NCBI GenBank assembly: GCA_027306655.1
Contig: DAHUZL010000031.1
Location: 830 to 64,829, forward strand
Source: Candidatus Dormiibacterota bacterium
GTDB taxonomy: Bacteria > Chloroflexota > Dormibacteria > Aeolococcales > Bog-877
DNA: 64,000 nt
Reading direction: 5' to 3'
Shown here in pieces: positions 37,746-48,143 of the stretch. Both the position numbers and the translations under genes were made by a program. Position 1 is the stretch's first letter. Each line of letters starts with the position of its first letter. The notes under the pieces are model-generated. The model ran no database searches. It was not told the DNA's origin and saw only the letters and a list, made by a program, of their open reading frames with translations.

Positions 37746-39800
37746 TCACTCCTCCCCGGCCGCGCCCTCCGACGCCAGCGGCCGGTCGGGATGCGCCAGG
37801 GCATCGCGGAACGCCTCCTCGTCGAGGATCGGGACGCCCAGGCGCCCGGCCCGCTCCCGCTTGGTCCCGGGGTTGGCGCCGGCGACGACGAACGCCGTCT
37901 TGCGCGAGACGCTGCTCGCCGCGGTGCCGCCGAGGGCGGCGATCCTCGACTCCGCCTCGGCCCGCGTCATCGCCACCAGGGTGCCGGTCAGCACCACGCT
38001 CCGCCCCCGCCAGGGCCCGGAGGTCACGGCGGCCTCGACCGGCTCCACCCCGGCACCGAGGAGGGAATCCACCAGCGTGGCCCCCTCGCCGGAGAGGAAC
38101 AGGGCCACCGCCGGGCCGACCACGGGCCCCACCCCGGGGACCTGGGCCAGGGCCTCGGCGCCGGCCCGACGGATCCGCTCCAGGGTCCCGAAGTGCTGGG
38201 CGAGGAGGCGGGCGGTGTGTGTGCCGACGTGGCGGATCCCGAGCGCGGTGAGGAAGCGGGCGAGCTCGACCCGGCGCCGGTTGCCGATCGCCGCTGCCAG
38301 CTGGCGCGCCGAGCGCTCGGCGAAGCCGTCCAGCCCGGCTAGGTCCGCCGCCCCCAGGCGGAAGAGGTCGGACGGGTCGCGCACCAGCTGGCGGGAGAGA
38401 AGCTGGTCCACCACGCTGGGACCAAGCCCGCGGATGTCGAACCCGTCGCGGCCGACGAGGTGGAGCAGGTGCTCGCGCCGCTGCGCCGGGCAGAGCGGGT
38501 TGGGGCAGCGGCGGGCGACCTCGCCCGCCTCGCGCACCAGCTCGTGGTCGCATTCGGGGCAGCGCTCGGGCATGCGGAACGGGGCGGCCCCGGCGGGCCG
38601 GAGCTCCAGCAGCACCTGCTCGATCTCGGGGATCACGTCGCCCGCCTTGTGGACCCGGACGGTGTCGCCGACGCGCACGTCCTTGCGCGCCACCTCGTCC
38701 TCGTTGTGGAGGGTGGCGTGCTGCACGGTCGACCCCGCCACCGCCACCGGACGGAGCTGGGCGACCGGGGTGGCGACCCCGGTCCGGCCGATGTGGACGT
38801 CGATCGCCACCACCTGGGTGACGCTGGCCTCGGGCGGGAACTTGTAGGCGATCGCCCAGCGCGGGTGGCGGCTGACCGCCCCCAGCTCCGCCCGGTCCCG
38901 GAGCCGGTCGACCTTGATCACCAGCCCGTCGGTGTCGTAGTCGAGCCCGTGACGGGCCTCGTGCCAGCGGGCGATCTGGGCGTGGGCCTGGGCGGCGTCC
39001 GAGACCCGGGCCGAGTGGGGCTCGACCGGCAGCCCCAGCGTGCGGAGGGCGTGGAGCGCCGCCGATTGGGTCTCCACCCCGTCCGGCGGCGGGTCCACCT
39101 GGTAGGTCCAGGTGCGCAGGCCCCGGGCGGCGGTGACGCGGGGGTCCTGCTGGCGCAGGCTCCCGGCGGCGGCGTTGCGGGGGTTGGCGTAGGGGGGCTG
39201 CCCGGCCGCGTCCTGGGCCTCGTTGAGGCGCAGGAAGGCGGACCGTGGCAGGTACACCTCCCCCCGCACCTCGACCAGGGGCGGGAGCCGGACGGGCCCC
39301 GTCGGGGAGAGCTCGGCGGGGACGTCCTGGAGGGTGCGGACGTTGGCGGTGACGTCCTCACCGGTCACCCCGTCGCCGCGGGTCGCGGCCCGGGTGAGCC
39401 GGCCCGCCTCGTAGGTGAGCGAGATCGCCAGCCCATCGATCTTCAGCTCGGAGACGAAGTCCCGGACCTCGGGGAGGAGGCGCTCCACCCGGGCAAAGAA
39501 CTGGTCCACCTCGGCCAGGTCGAAGGCGTCCTGGAGCGAGAGCATGGGGGTGTGGTGGCGCCACTTGCGGAAGAAGGCGGCTCCCCGGGCGCCCACGGTC
39601 CGGGTCGGCGAGTCCTTCGTCCGCAGCCGGGGATGGCGCGCCTCCAGCTCCTCCAGCTCGCGCAGGAGCCGGTCGTAGGCATCGTCGCTGAGCTCGGGCG
39701 CGTCCAGCACGTGGTAGAGGTAGTTGGCGTGGTGGAGCTCCTCGCGCAGACGTCCGGCCCGGCGGCGAGCCTCGGGCGGGACCGCCGCCTCCGGCGCCAT
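37746..39800 (-). CDS. ligA: NAD-dependent DNA ligase
   Basis: 684 aa with an NAD-ligase adenylation domain (KxDG context), OB fold, Zn-finger Cys (CPECDHEL...C), HhH, and a C-terminal BRCT. Confidence 0.95.
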   Translation of the reverse strand: MAPEAAVPPEARRRAGRLREELHHANYLYHVLDAPELSDDAYDRLLRELEELEARHPRLRTKDSPTRTVGARGAAFFRKWRHHTPMLSLQDAFDLAEVDQFFARVERLLPEVRDFVSELKIDGLAISLTYEAGRLTRAATRGDGVTGEDVTANVRTLQDVPAELSPTGPVRLPPLVEVRGEVYLPRSAFLRLNEAQDAAGQPPYANPRNAAAGSLRQQDPRVTAARGLRTWTYQVDPPPDGVETQSAALHALRTLGLPVEPHSARVSDAAQAHAQIARWHEARHGLDYDTDGLVIKVDRLRDRAELGAVSRHPRWAIAYKFPPEASVTQVVAIDVHIGRTGVATPVAQLRPVAVAGSTVQHATLHNEDEVARKDVRVGDTVRVHKAGDVIPEIEQVLLELRPAGAAPFRMPERCPECDHELVREAGEVARRCPNPLCPAQRREHLLHLVGRDGFDIRGLGPSVVDQLLSRQLVRDPSDLFRLGAADLAGLDGFAERSARQLAAAIGNRRRVELARFLTALGIRHVGTHTARLLAQHFGTLERIRRAGAEALAQVPGVGPVVGPAVALFLSGEGATLVDSLLGAGVEPVEAAVTSGPWRGRSVVLTGTLVAMTRAEAESRIAALGGTAASSVSRKTAFVVAGANPGTKRERAGRLGVPILDEEAFRDALAHPDRPLASEGAAGEE

Positions 39801-39801
39801 C

Positions 39802-42060
39802 TCAGCCGGGGCAGCGCCGCAAGACCGCGTCGTCGACGCAGAAGATGCGGGTGCCCGCCTGGTCGAACTGGATCACCACCTCCTCGCCGGCGCGGGTCAG
39901 CGTGCTCTTCAGGATCGTGCCCCGGCCGTAGCGGTCGTGCTCGACCCGGTCCCCCCCGCGGTAGAGCGCCACCTGCGCCGCCGGCGGCCCCGGCGCGACC
40001 GCGTGCGCCGCCACCTGGTCGCGCGCCGAGCGCCGCCACCCGCCGGACCCGGGCGGCCAGTCGTCGGCCCCGGCGGGCTGGGATCGGGGCGCCGGCCCCA
40101 GGCTGGTCTGGAGCCGCCGCACCGACTCCGGCAGCGGCTCCAGGAACCGGGACGGGGTGGCCAGCGAGGGACTGCCGTAGAGATGGCGCCGGAAGGCGTG
40201 GAAGAGGTAGAGGCGGCGCATCGCCCGGGTCATCCCCACATAGAGGAGCCGTCGCTCCTCCTCCAGCGCGGCGGCGTCGTCTCGGCAGCGGCTGTGGGGC
40301 AGCAGCCCCTCCTCGAGCCCGGTGATGAAGACGATCGGGAACTCCAGCCCCTTCACCTGGTGCAGCGTGATCAGGGTGAGGCCGGGACGCCCGTCCTCCA
40401 GGGTGTCGACGTCGCCGGCGAGCGCGACCTGCTCCAGGAACTGGGGCAGCGCGTCCCGGGCGAGCTGGCCCTGGAACTCGTCGGCGAGCCCCCGCAGCTC
40501 GAGCAGGTTGCTCCAGCGTTCGTCTCCCTCGGGGGTGCCGTCCTGGACCAGCTGGCGATAGCCGGTCACGCTCACCAGGCGATCGAACACCGTGGTGAGG
40601 GGCCAGCCGGGAGCCCACTCGCGAAGCTCCTGGATGGTGGCGTGGAAGTGCCGGAGGGCCACGGCGGCCGCGCCCCGGAGCCGGTCCGCGGCGAGCGGGA
40701 TCGCGCTCATCCGGCTGGTCCCGCCGTCGCGCGCCACCGCCGCCAGCTCGGCCAGCGACTGGGGGCCAACGCCGCGCTTGGGGACGTTGACGACCCGGTC
40801 GAACGCCACCTCGTCGCCGGGGTTGACCAGCAGCCGGAGGTAGGCGAGGCAGTCCTTCACCTCGCGGCGCTGGTAGAAGCGGAGTCCCCCCACCAGCTGG
40901 TAGGGCAGCCCCTGGCGGAGGAGTACCTCCTCCAGGGCCCGCGACTGGGCGTTGGTGCGGTAGAGCACCGCCATCTCGCCGAGGCTGGCGCCCTCGTGGT
41001 CGACCAACCGGCGGGCCTCCTGCGCCACCTGGGTCGCCTCCTCGCGCTCGTCGTAGAGCTGGGCCACGGTCACGGCGGCGCCGGGTTCGGCCTCGGTCCA
41101 GAGCCGCTTCGGCACCCGGTCGGGGTTGGCCCGGATGACCGCCTCCGCCGCCTCCAGGATGCGGCCGGTGCTGCGGTAGTTCTGCTCCAGCGCGATCACC
41201 CGGGCCAGCGGGTAGTCGGCCTCGAACCCCAGGATGTTGCGCAGGTCGGCACCGCGCCAGGCGTAGATCGACTGGTCCGGGTCGCCCACCACGGTGAGGT
41301 GGCCGTGGCCGGCGGTCAGCGCCCGCACGATCCGGTACTGGGCCTGGTTGGTGTCCTGGTACTCGTCCACCAGCACCTGCCGGAATCGCTCCTGGTAGCG
41401 GCGCGCGACCGGCTCCGCCTCCTCCAGCAGCTGCACCGCCCGCAGCAGGAGGTCGTCGAAATCGAGGGCGTGGCTCTCCGCCAGCAGCGCCTCGTAGACC
41501 GGCCAGGCCCGGGCGACGTGGTGCTCGAACGGGCTGCGGGCCGCGCGGGCATAGGCCGCGGGCGTGCGGCCCTCGTTCTTGGCATGGGAGAGGGCGGCGG
41601 CGGCCGACGCCGGGCTCACCGCCCGCTCCTCGACCCCCACCTGCTGGAGGGCGCGGCGGAGGGCGGACTGGCGGTCGCCCTCGTCGTAGATGGTGAAGTC
41701 CCGGGGGACACCGATCGCGTCGCCGTCCCGGCGGAGACAGCGGGCGGCGATGGCGTGGAAGGTCCCCAGCCAGAGGCCGGGCGGTTCGCCGCCGAGGAGC
41801 CGGGCCAGCCGGTCCCTCATCTCGCGCGCCGCCTTGTTGGTGAAGGTGACCGCGAGCACCTCGTGGGGCCGGGCCCGGCCGGTCGCGATGAGGTGGGCGA
41901 TCCGCTGGGTGAGGACACGCGTCTTGCCACTGCCGGCGCCGGCGATGATCAGCAGCGGCCCGTCAGCCGCCGTCACCGCGGCCCGCTGGGGCGGGTTCAG
42001 CGCCTCGAGGTGGGCCCCGGGATCGCCGGCCCCCGGCCGCGCCGGGCTCCCGGCGGTCAC
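39802..42060 (-). CDS. pcrA: ATP-dependent DNA helicase PcrA/UvrD family (SF1)
   Basis: AGAGSGKTRVLTQRIAHLI Walker A, DEYQDTNQAQY motif II, and further SF1 helicase motifs. 752 aa. Confidence 0.9.
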   Translation of the reverse strand: MTAGSPARPGAGDPGAHLEALNPPQRAAVTAADGPLLIIAGAGSGKTRVLTQRIAHLIATGRARPHEVLAVTFTNKAAREMRDRLARLLGGEPPGLWLGTFHAIAARCLRRDGDAIGVPRDFTIYDEGDRQSALRRALQQVGVEERAVSPASAAAALSHAKNEGRTPAAYARAARSPFEHHVARAWPVYEALLAESHALDFDDLLLRAVQLLEEAEPVARRYQERFRQVLVDEYQDTNQAQYRIVRALTAGHGHLTVVGDPDQSIYAWRGADLRNILGFEADYPLARVIALEQNYRSTGRILEAAEAVIRANPDRVPKRLWTEAEPGAAVTVAQLYDEREEATQVAQEARRLVDHEGASLGEMAVLYRTNAQSRALEEVLLRQGLPYQLVGGLRFYQRREVKDCLAYLRLLVNPGDEVAFDRVVNVPKRGVGPQSLAELAAVARDGGTSRMSAIPLAADRLRGAAAVALRHFHATIQELREWAPGWPLTTVFDRLVSVTGYRQLVQDGTPEGDERWSNLLELRGLADEFQGQLARDALPQFLEQVALAGDVDTLEDGRPGLTLITLHQVKGLEFPIVFITGLEEGLLPHSRCRDDAAALEEERRLLYVGMTRAMRRLYLFHAFRRHLYGSPSLATPSRFLEPLPESVRRLQTSLGPAPRSQPAGADDWPPGSGGWRRSARDQVAAHAVAPGPPAAQVALYRGGDRVEHDRYGRGTILKSTLTRAGEEVVIQFDQAGTRIFCVDDAVLRRCPG

Positions 42061-42135
42061 CGGGACCGGGGGGCGGGACGCGCGGTCCCGCCGGTCAGGG
42101 GCGGACCGGTTCGCACGCGGAGATGGTGGTGGGGC

Positions 42136-43836
<1,701 letters not shown>

Positions 43837-43926
43837 GTCCTCCCTTCGATCCTGGGCCGCGGCCGCGGCCGGGCTGCCCGGCGCAGCCGCGGCGCGACAG
43901 CCGCAAACCCCCCGGTCACACTCGGC

Positions 43927-44235
43927 TCAGGCGGCGCCGTTGGAGCTGACGGCGAGGATGTCCCGCTCCGCCAGGATGAGGTAGTCCTGCTCGTCGATCT
44001 TCACCTCCGAGCCGGCGTACTTGGCGTAGATGACACGGTCGCCGACGACGACGTCGAGGGGCACGCGCTGCCCGGTCTGCTCGTTGTACTTGCCGTTGCC
44101 GACCGCCTCGACCAGCCCCTCCTGGGGCTTCTCCTTGGCGGTGTCGGGCAGGACGATGCCGCTCTTGGTGGTGTCCTCGCGCTCGAGGGGCCGGATCACC
44201 ACACGATCGGCCAGGGGACGAAGCTTCAGGGCCAT
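43927..44235 (-). CDS. groES: Co-chaperonin GroES (10 kDa)
   Basis: [14 protein letters not shown]...[13 protein letters not shown]...[14 protein letters not shown] is classic GroES. 102 aa. Confidence 0.95.
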   Translation of the reverse strand: MALKLRPLADRVVIRPLEREDTTKSGIVLPDTAKEKPQEGLVEAVGNGKYNEQTGQRVPLDVVVGDRVIYAKYAGSEVKIDEQDYLILAERDILAVSSNGAA

Positions 44236-44255
44236 GGTCGCTCACCTCCGCGTGA

Positions 44256-44282
44256 TTAGCACTCAACCTGGGAGAGTGCTAA
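44256..44282. promoter_or_regulatory. CIRCE element (HrcA operator) upstream of groES-groEL
   Basis: TTAGCACTC-aacctggga-GAGTGCTAA is a perfect match to the CIRCE consensus TTAGCACTC-N9-GAGTGCTAA. It lies 21 nt upstream of the groES start on the coding strand. Confidence 0.85.
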
Positions 44283-44337
44283 CAGTCTAGGCTGCGGAGG
44301 CGGTCGCCCGCAAGTGCGGGGGCGGGTCGGGACGGGA

Positions 44338-45348
44338 TCAGCTGTAGGCGGTCAGCCCGGGGTCGACCACGATCGGGTCCCGGTCGTAGCCGCGCCGCGC
44401 CACCTCCAGCCCCCCGGCGACGCCGATCATGGCGGCGTTGTCGGTGCAGAACTCGGGAGCCGGGATGATCACGTCGGCCAGCGCCCCGCAGCGCCGGGCC
44501 ACCGCCGCGCGCAGGGCGCGGTTGCTGGCGACGCCGCCGACCACCACCACCCGGCCGGCGCCGGTGTGCTCGAGCGCCGCCTCCAGCTGGAGGCAGAGGG
44601 TGTCCACCGCGGCCGCCTGGAAGCTCGCCGCCACGTCCGCGACCAGCCCCGGGCGCTGCAGCCCACGGGGGTCGGCGGCGAGGCGATCGTCGAGCAGGTA
44701 CCGGACCGCCGTCTTGAGGCCGCTGAATGAGAAGGCGAAGTCGGGCAGCACCGGGCGGGGGAGCCGGTAGCGGGCGGGGTCGCCGGCCGTGGCCGCGCGG
44801 TCGATCGCGGGGCCGCCGGGGTAGGGCAGGCCGAGGAGCCGCGCCACCTTGTCGAACGCCTCGCCGACGGCGTCGTCGCGGGTGGCGCCGAGCAGCTCGG
44901 CCTCGCCGGGCCCGCGGACGTGGACGAGGTCGGTGTGGCCGCCGCTCACCACCAGGGCCACGAACGGCGGCTCCAGGTCCGGACGGGCCAGCCGGGCCGC
45001 CCACACGTGGCCCACCATGTGGCTCACCCCCACCACCGGGATCCCGCGCGCGGCCGCGGCCGCCTGGGCGTACCCGGTGCCCACCAGGAGGCAGCCGACC
45101 AGGCCGGGGCCGCGGGTGACGGCGATCCCCTCCACGGCCCCCCACCCCCCGGCCGGGCGCAGCGCCTCCTCCACCACCGCGGCGATCCGCTCCAGGTGCA
45201 TGCGGGCCGCCAGCTCCGGCACGACCCCGCCGTGGACGGCGTGGGCCGCGGCCTGGGACGCCACCACCGAGCTGAGCAGTCCCCCGCCGCCGTCCACCAC
45301 CGCGGCCGCGGTCTCGTCGCAGGAGGTCTCGATCGCGAGCAGGGTCAT
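44338..45348 (-). CDS. tsaD: tRNA N6-adenosine threonylcarbamoyltransferase (Kae1/YgjD family)
   Basis: MTLLAIETSCDETAAAVV N-terminus and metal-binding His motifs (VSHMVGHV). Start trimmed to the ATG at 45348, which overlaps the rimI stop (ATGA). Confidence 0.9.
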   Translation of the reverse strand: MTLLAIETSCDETAAAVVDGGGGLLSSVVASQAAAHAVHGGVVPELAARMHLERIAAVVEEALRPAGGWGAVEGIAVTRGPGLVGCLLVGTGYAQAAAAARGIPVVGVSHMVGHVWAARLARPDLEPPFVALVVSGGHTDLVHVRGPGEAELLGATRDDAVGEAFDKVARLLGLPYPGGPAIDRAATAGDPARYRLPRPVLPDFAFSFSGLKTAVRYLLDDRLAADPRGLQRPGLVADVAASFQAAAVDTLCLQLEAALEHTGAGRVVVVGGVASNRALRAAVARRCGALADVIIPAPEFCTDNAAMIGVAGGLEVARRGYDRDPIVVDPGLTAYS

Positions 45349-45866
45349 CGGATCGGGTACTCCACCGGAGGCGGCGGGCCCACCCCGGGGATGGTGAGCG
45401 CCGCCACCCGCAGGCGGAACCGGGCCTTGAAGGCGGGGGCGTGGAGGCTGTCGCTCCACATCACGATCGCGTCCTCCCCGTCATCGGTGTAGTAGCCGCG
45501 CCGCCGGCCCATCACCCGGAACCCGAATCCCTCGTAGAGATGGATCGCGACGTCGTTGCTGGCGCGCACCTCGAGGGTGACCCAGCGGGCGCCCATCTGG
45601 TACGCGCGGGTCAGGAGGGCGGCGAACAGGACCGCGCCGTAGCCCCGACCCTGGTCCGGGCGGCGGACCCCGATGGTGGTGACGTGGGCCTCCTCCCCCA
45701 CCCGCCAGAGCCCTCCGTAGCCGAGGATCTCGGGGCCGTGACGGAGGACGATGTAGCGGGCGGCGTGGTTGTGGGCGAGCTCGCGATAGTACGCGTTGCG
45801 GGGCCAGGGGGTGAGGAAGACGTCGCGCTCGATCGCCTGCACCTCGGGGACGTCCGCCTCCCGCAT
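45345..45866 (-). CDS. rimI: Ribosomal-protein-alanine N-acetyltransferase (GNAT)
   Basis: MREADVPEVQAIERDVFLTPWPRNAY aligns with the RimI N-terminus, and the GNAT motif QGRGYGAVL is present. It sits in the conserved tsaE-tsaB-rimI-tsaD order. Confidence 0.8.
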   Translation of the reverse strand: MREADVPEVQAIERDVFLTPWPRNAYYRELAHNHAARYIVLRHGPEILGYGGLWRVGEEAHVTTIGVRRPDQGRGYGAVLFAALLTRAYQMGARWVTLEVRASNDVAIHLYEGFGFRVMGRRRGYYTDDGEDAIVMWSDSLHAPAFKARFRLRVAALTIPGVGPPPPVEYPIR

Positions 45867-45889
45867 CGCGTCGACGACCACCCCGGCGA

Positions 45890-46582
45890 TCAGGACCACG
45901 GGGACGCCCGCCGGTCGCCGTAGTCGAGGTGGACCCGGTCGTACCCCGGGCCCGCCTCGGGGTCGGCCCAAAGGCTCCGCGCCGCCAGCCGGGCGAGGGC
46001 GGCGCTCCGGGGCCGCACCGCGGCGGCCGCCCGGCCCGGCGGGAACTCGGCGCCGGCCCCCTCCTCCACCAGGACCCGGGCGGAGCCGCCGATCCCCAGC
46101 GGGGGCTCGCCCCTCGGCACCAGCTCGGCCGGGCCCACCGGCATCCAGGCGCCCCCCTCGGCGCGGAACGCCTGGCGGTGGTGGCCACCCCGGCCGGCGG
46201 GGTGGACCACGAGGATCGGGTGGGGGCCGGGGTCCAGCCGGAAGGCGGTCACCTGGAGGCTGGGCACGGTCCGCAGCGGGCAGCCGCGCGCCTGGGCGGC
46301 GCCGAGCGCGGCCGCCACCCCGAGCCGCAGGCCCGTGTAGGAGCCCGGGCCGCGCCCGGCGACCACCCCCAGGAGGGGGCCGGGGCGACGGCCGAACAGC
46401 CTCCGCACAGCATCCACCAGGGCGCGCTCCGCGGCCCCGGCCCGGTCGTCCGGGGGGGGAACGGCGGCGAGCTCCGGCGGGTCCAGGAGGGTGCCGTCCG
46501 GGGCCACGGCGACGGCGAGCTCCCCCCCCCGCAGCGCCGTGTCCACCGCCAGCAGCCACCCGCCCGGGGCGGTGCCGGTCAC
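45890..46582 (-). CDS. tsaB: tRNA threonylcarbamoyladenosine biosynthesis protein TsaB (YeaZ, inactive Kae1 paralog)
   Basis: WLLAVDTALRGGELAV N-terminus (ASKHA fold) and its position between tsaE and rimI. GTG start trimmed to 46582, which overlaps the tsaE stop (GTGA). Confidence 0.75.
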   Translation of the reverse strand: MTGTAPGGWLLAVDTALRGGELAVAVAPDGTLLDPPELAAVPPPDDRAGAAERALVDAVRRLFGRRPGPLLGVVAGRGPGSYTGLRLGVAAALGAAQARGCPLRTVPSLQVTAFRLDPGPHPILVVHPAGRGGHHRQAFRAEGGAWMPVGPAELVPRGEPPLGIGGSARVLVEEGAGAEFPPGRAAAAVRPRSAALARLAARSLWADPEAGPGYDRVHLDYGDRRASPWS

Positions 46583-47037
46583 CCGGGCTCCCAGGCACGG
46601 CGGAGGTGGCGGGGGGCGTCGAGCTCGAGCCGGCGGCGGTCGCCGATCCCGGGGGTGATCCGGCACCGCGCCGAGAACCAGTCGCCGGCCGCCCGCTCGG
46701 CCCACTCCACCACCACCGCGCCCGACTCCAGCAGCTCCTCCACCCCGAGGCTCTCGAGCTCGACCCCCGGGTCGAGACGGTACAGGTCGAGATGGTGGAC
46801 CGTCAGCGGGCCCGGGTAGATGGCGTGGAGGATGAAGGTCGGGCTGCGCACCCGGTCGGCGGCGCCGGCGCCCTCCACCAGCCCCCGCACCAGCACGGTC
46901 TTGCCGGCCCCGAGGGGGCCGTCGAGGCCCAGGCAGTCGCCTTCGGCCAGCACCGACCCGAGCCGGGCCCCGAGGGCCTGCGTCTCCTTTGGGCCCAGGC
47001 TCGTCCGCTCCAGGCGGGGCCGGGCGGCCTCGGCCAT
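46579..47037 (-). CDS. tsaE: tRNA threonylcarbamoyladenosine biosynthesis ATPase TsaE (YjeE)
   Basis: P-loop GPLGAGKT plus SPTFIL and HHLDLYRL motifs. 152 aa from the ATG at 47037. Confidence 0.8.
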   Translation of the reverse strand: MAEAARPRLERTSLGPKETQALGARLGSVLAEGDCLGLDGPLGAGKTVLVRGLVEGAGAADRVRSPTFILHAIYPGPLTVHHLDLYRLDPGVELESLGVEELLESGAVVVEWAERAAGDWFSARCRITPGIGDRRRLELDAPRHLRRAWEPG

Positions 47038-47038
47038 A

Positions 47039-48022
47039 TCAGAAGTGGGCGAAGCCATGGGTCGAGCCGATCGGGAGCGCCGGCCCGCCGGGGCCGCTGC
47101 GGAGGGTGAGCCCCGGCTCCGGGCACAGCCGCCCGACCACGGCGAGGGGCGGCAGGCCCGCCCCCCAGCCGCTGCCGGCAAGGAGACGCTCCGCGACGGC
47201 GGCGGGCGCCGCGACGATCAGCTCGAAATCCTCGCCGCCCGTGAGCGCTCGCGCCAGCCGCTGGTCGCCCCAGAGATCGTCCAGGCCCGGGGCCAGCGGC
47301 ATCCGGTCGGCCCAGAGCTCGGCGCCGCAGCCGCTCGCCGCCGCCAGCCGGGCGGTGTCCAGGAGCATGCCGTCGCTGCAGTCGATCGCGCATTGGACCC
47401 CGGCCGCCGCCAGCGCCCGACCCGCCGCCACCCGCGCCCGGGGACGGAGCCAGCGCTCCGCCCCCGGGACGCGACCCGGGGGATCGCCCGCCTCCAGGCG
47501 CTCCAGCGCGGCCGCGGCGGCACCCAGCTCGCCGGTGAGGAGGATGCGGTCGTCCGGATGTCCGGCTGACCGGGTGAGGCAGCGGTCGGCGGGCGCGGCG
47601 CCGAGCAGGGTGCAGCTGACCGCGAGCGGACCCGCGGTGCCGCTGAGGTCGCCGCCGGCGACGCGGGCGCCGTCCTCTCCGGCGGCGTCGACAATCCCCT
47701 CCTGGAGCGCGACGACGCAGGCGGTGGCGGTGTCGGCAGGCAGCAGGAGGGTCACCACCACCAGCGCCGGACGGGCCCCCATCGCGGCCAGATCGGAGGC
47801 GGTCACGGCGTAGGCCTTCCACCCCACCTCGTACGGCAGCTGGGTGCGCCGGCGAAAGTCGACGTCCTCGACGAGGGCGTCGGTCGTGACCAGCACCACC
47901 TCCCCCGGCGGCGCCCTCCAGCCGGCGGCGTCGTCCCCGGCGGCGATCGCGAGGACCGCGTCCTCGCCGCCGGCCATCCGCACCAGGCGGTCGAGCAAGG
48001 GCCCCTCGCCGGTCGCCCGCAC
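47039..48022 (-). CDS. thiL: Thiamine-monophosphate kinase (AIR-synthase-related/PurM-like)
   Basis: GEGPLLDRLVRMAGGEDAVLAIAAGDDAA matches the ThiL N-terminal motif (GEFxLI...GDDAA), and the PurM-like fold is present. GTG start at 48022. Confidence 0.7.
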   Translation of the reverse strand: MRATGEGPLLDRLVRMAGGEDAVLAIAAGDDAAGWRAPPGEVVLVTTDALVEDVDFRRRTQLPYEVGWKAYAVTASDLAAMGARPALVVVTLLLPADTATACVVALQEGIVDAAGEDGARVAGGDLSGTAGPLAVSCTLLGAAPADRCLTRSAGHPDDRILLTGELGAAAAALERLEAGDPPGRVPGAERWLRPRARVAAGRALAAAGVQCAIDCSDGMLLDTARLAAASGCGAELWADRMPLAPGLDDLWGDQRLARALTGGEDFELIVAAPAAVAERLLAGSGWGAGLPPLAVVGRLCPEPGLTLRSGPGGPALPIGSTHGFAHF

Positions 48023-48143
48023 CGTCGGCGGCCCCGCCGACCAGGACACCGCGGGGGCTCCCGCCCCACCCGCCGCCGGCCTGGCCACGCGGCGATTGTA
48101 GGGGGGCACGGCGCCGGTCCCGGCGGTCGGCCCTGGGGGCCGA

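Noticed and set aside
43837-43926. Second CIRCE between groES and groEL
   Set aside because: I scanned the spacer and found no TTAGCACTC/GAGTGCTAA half-sites.
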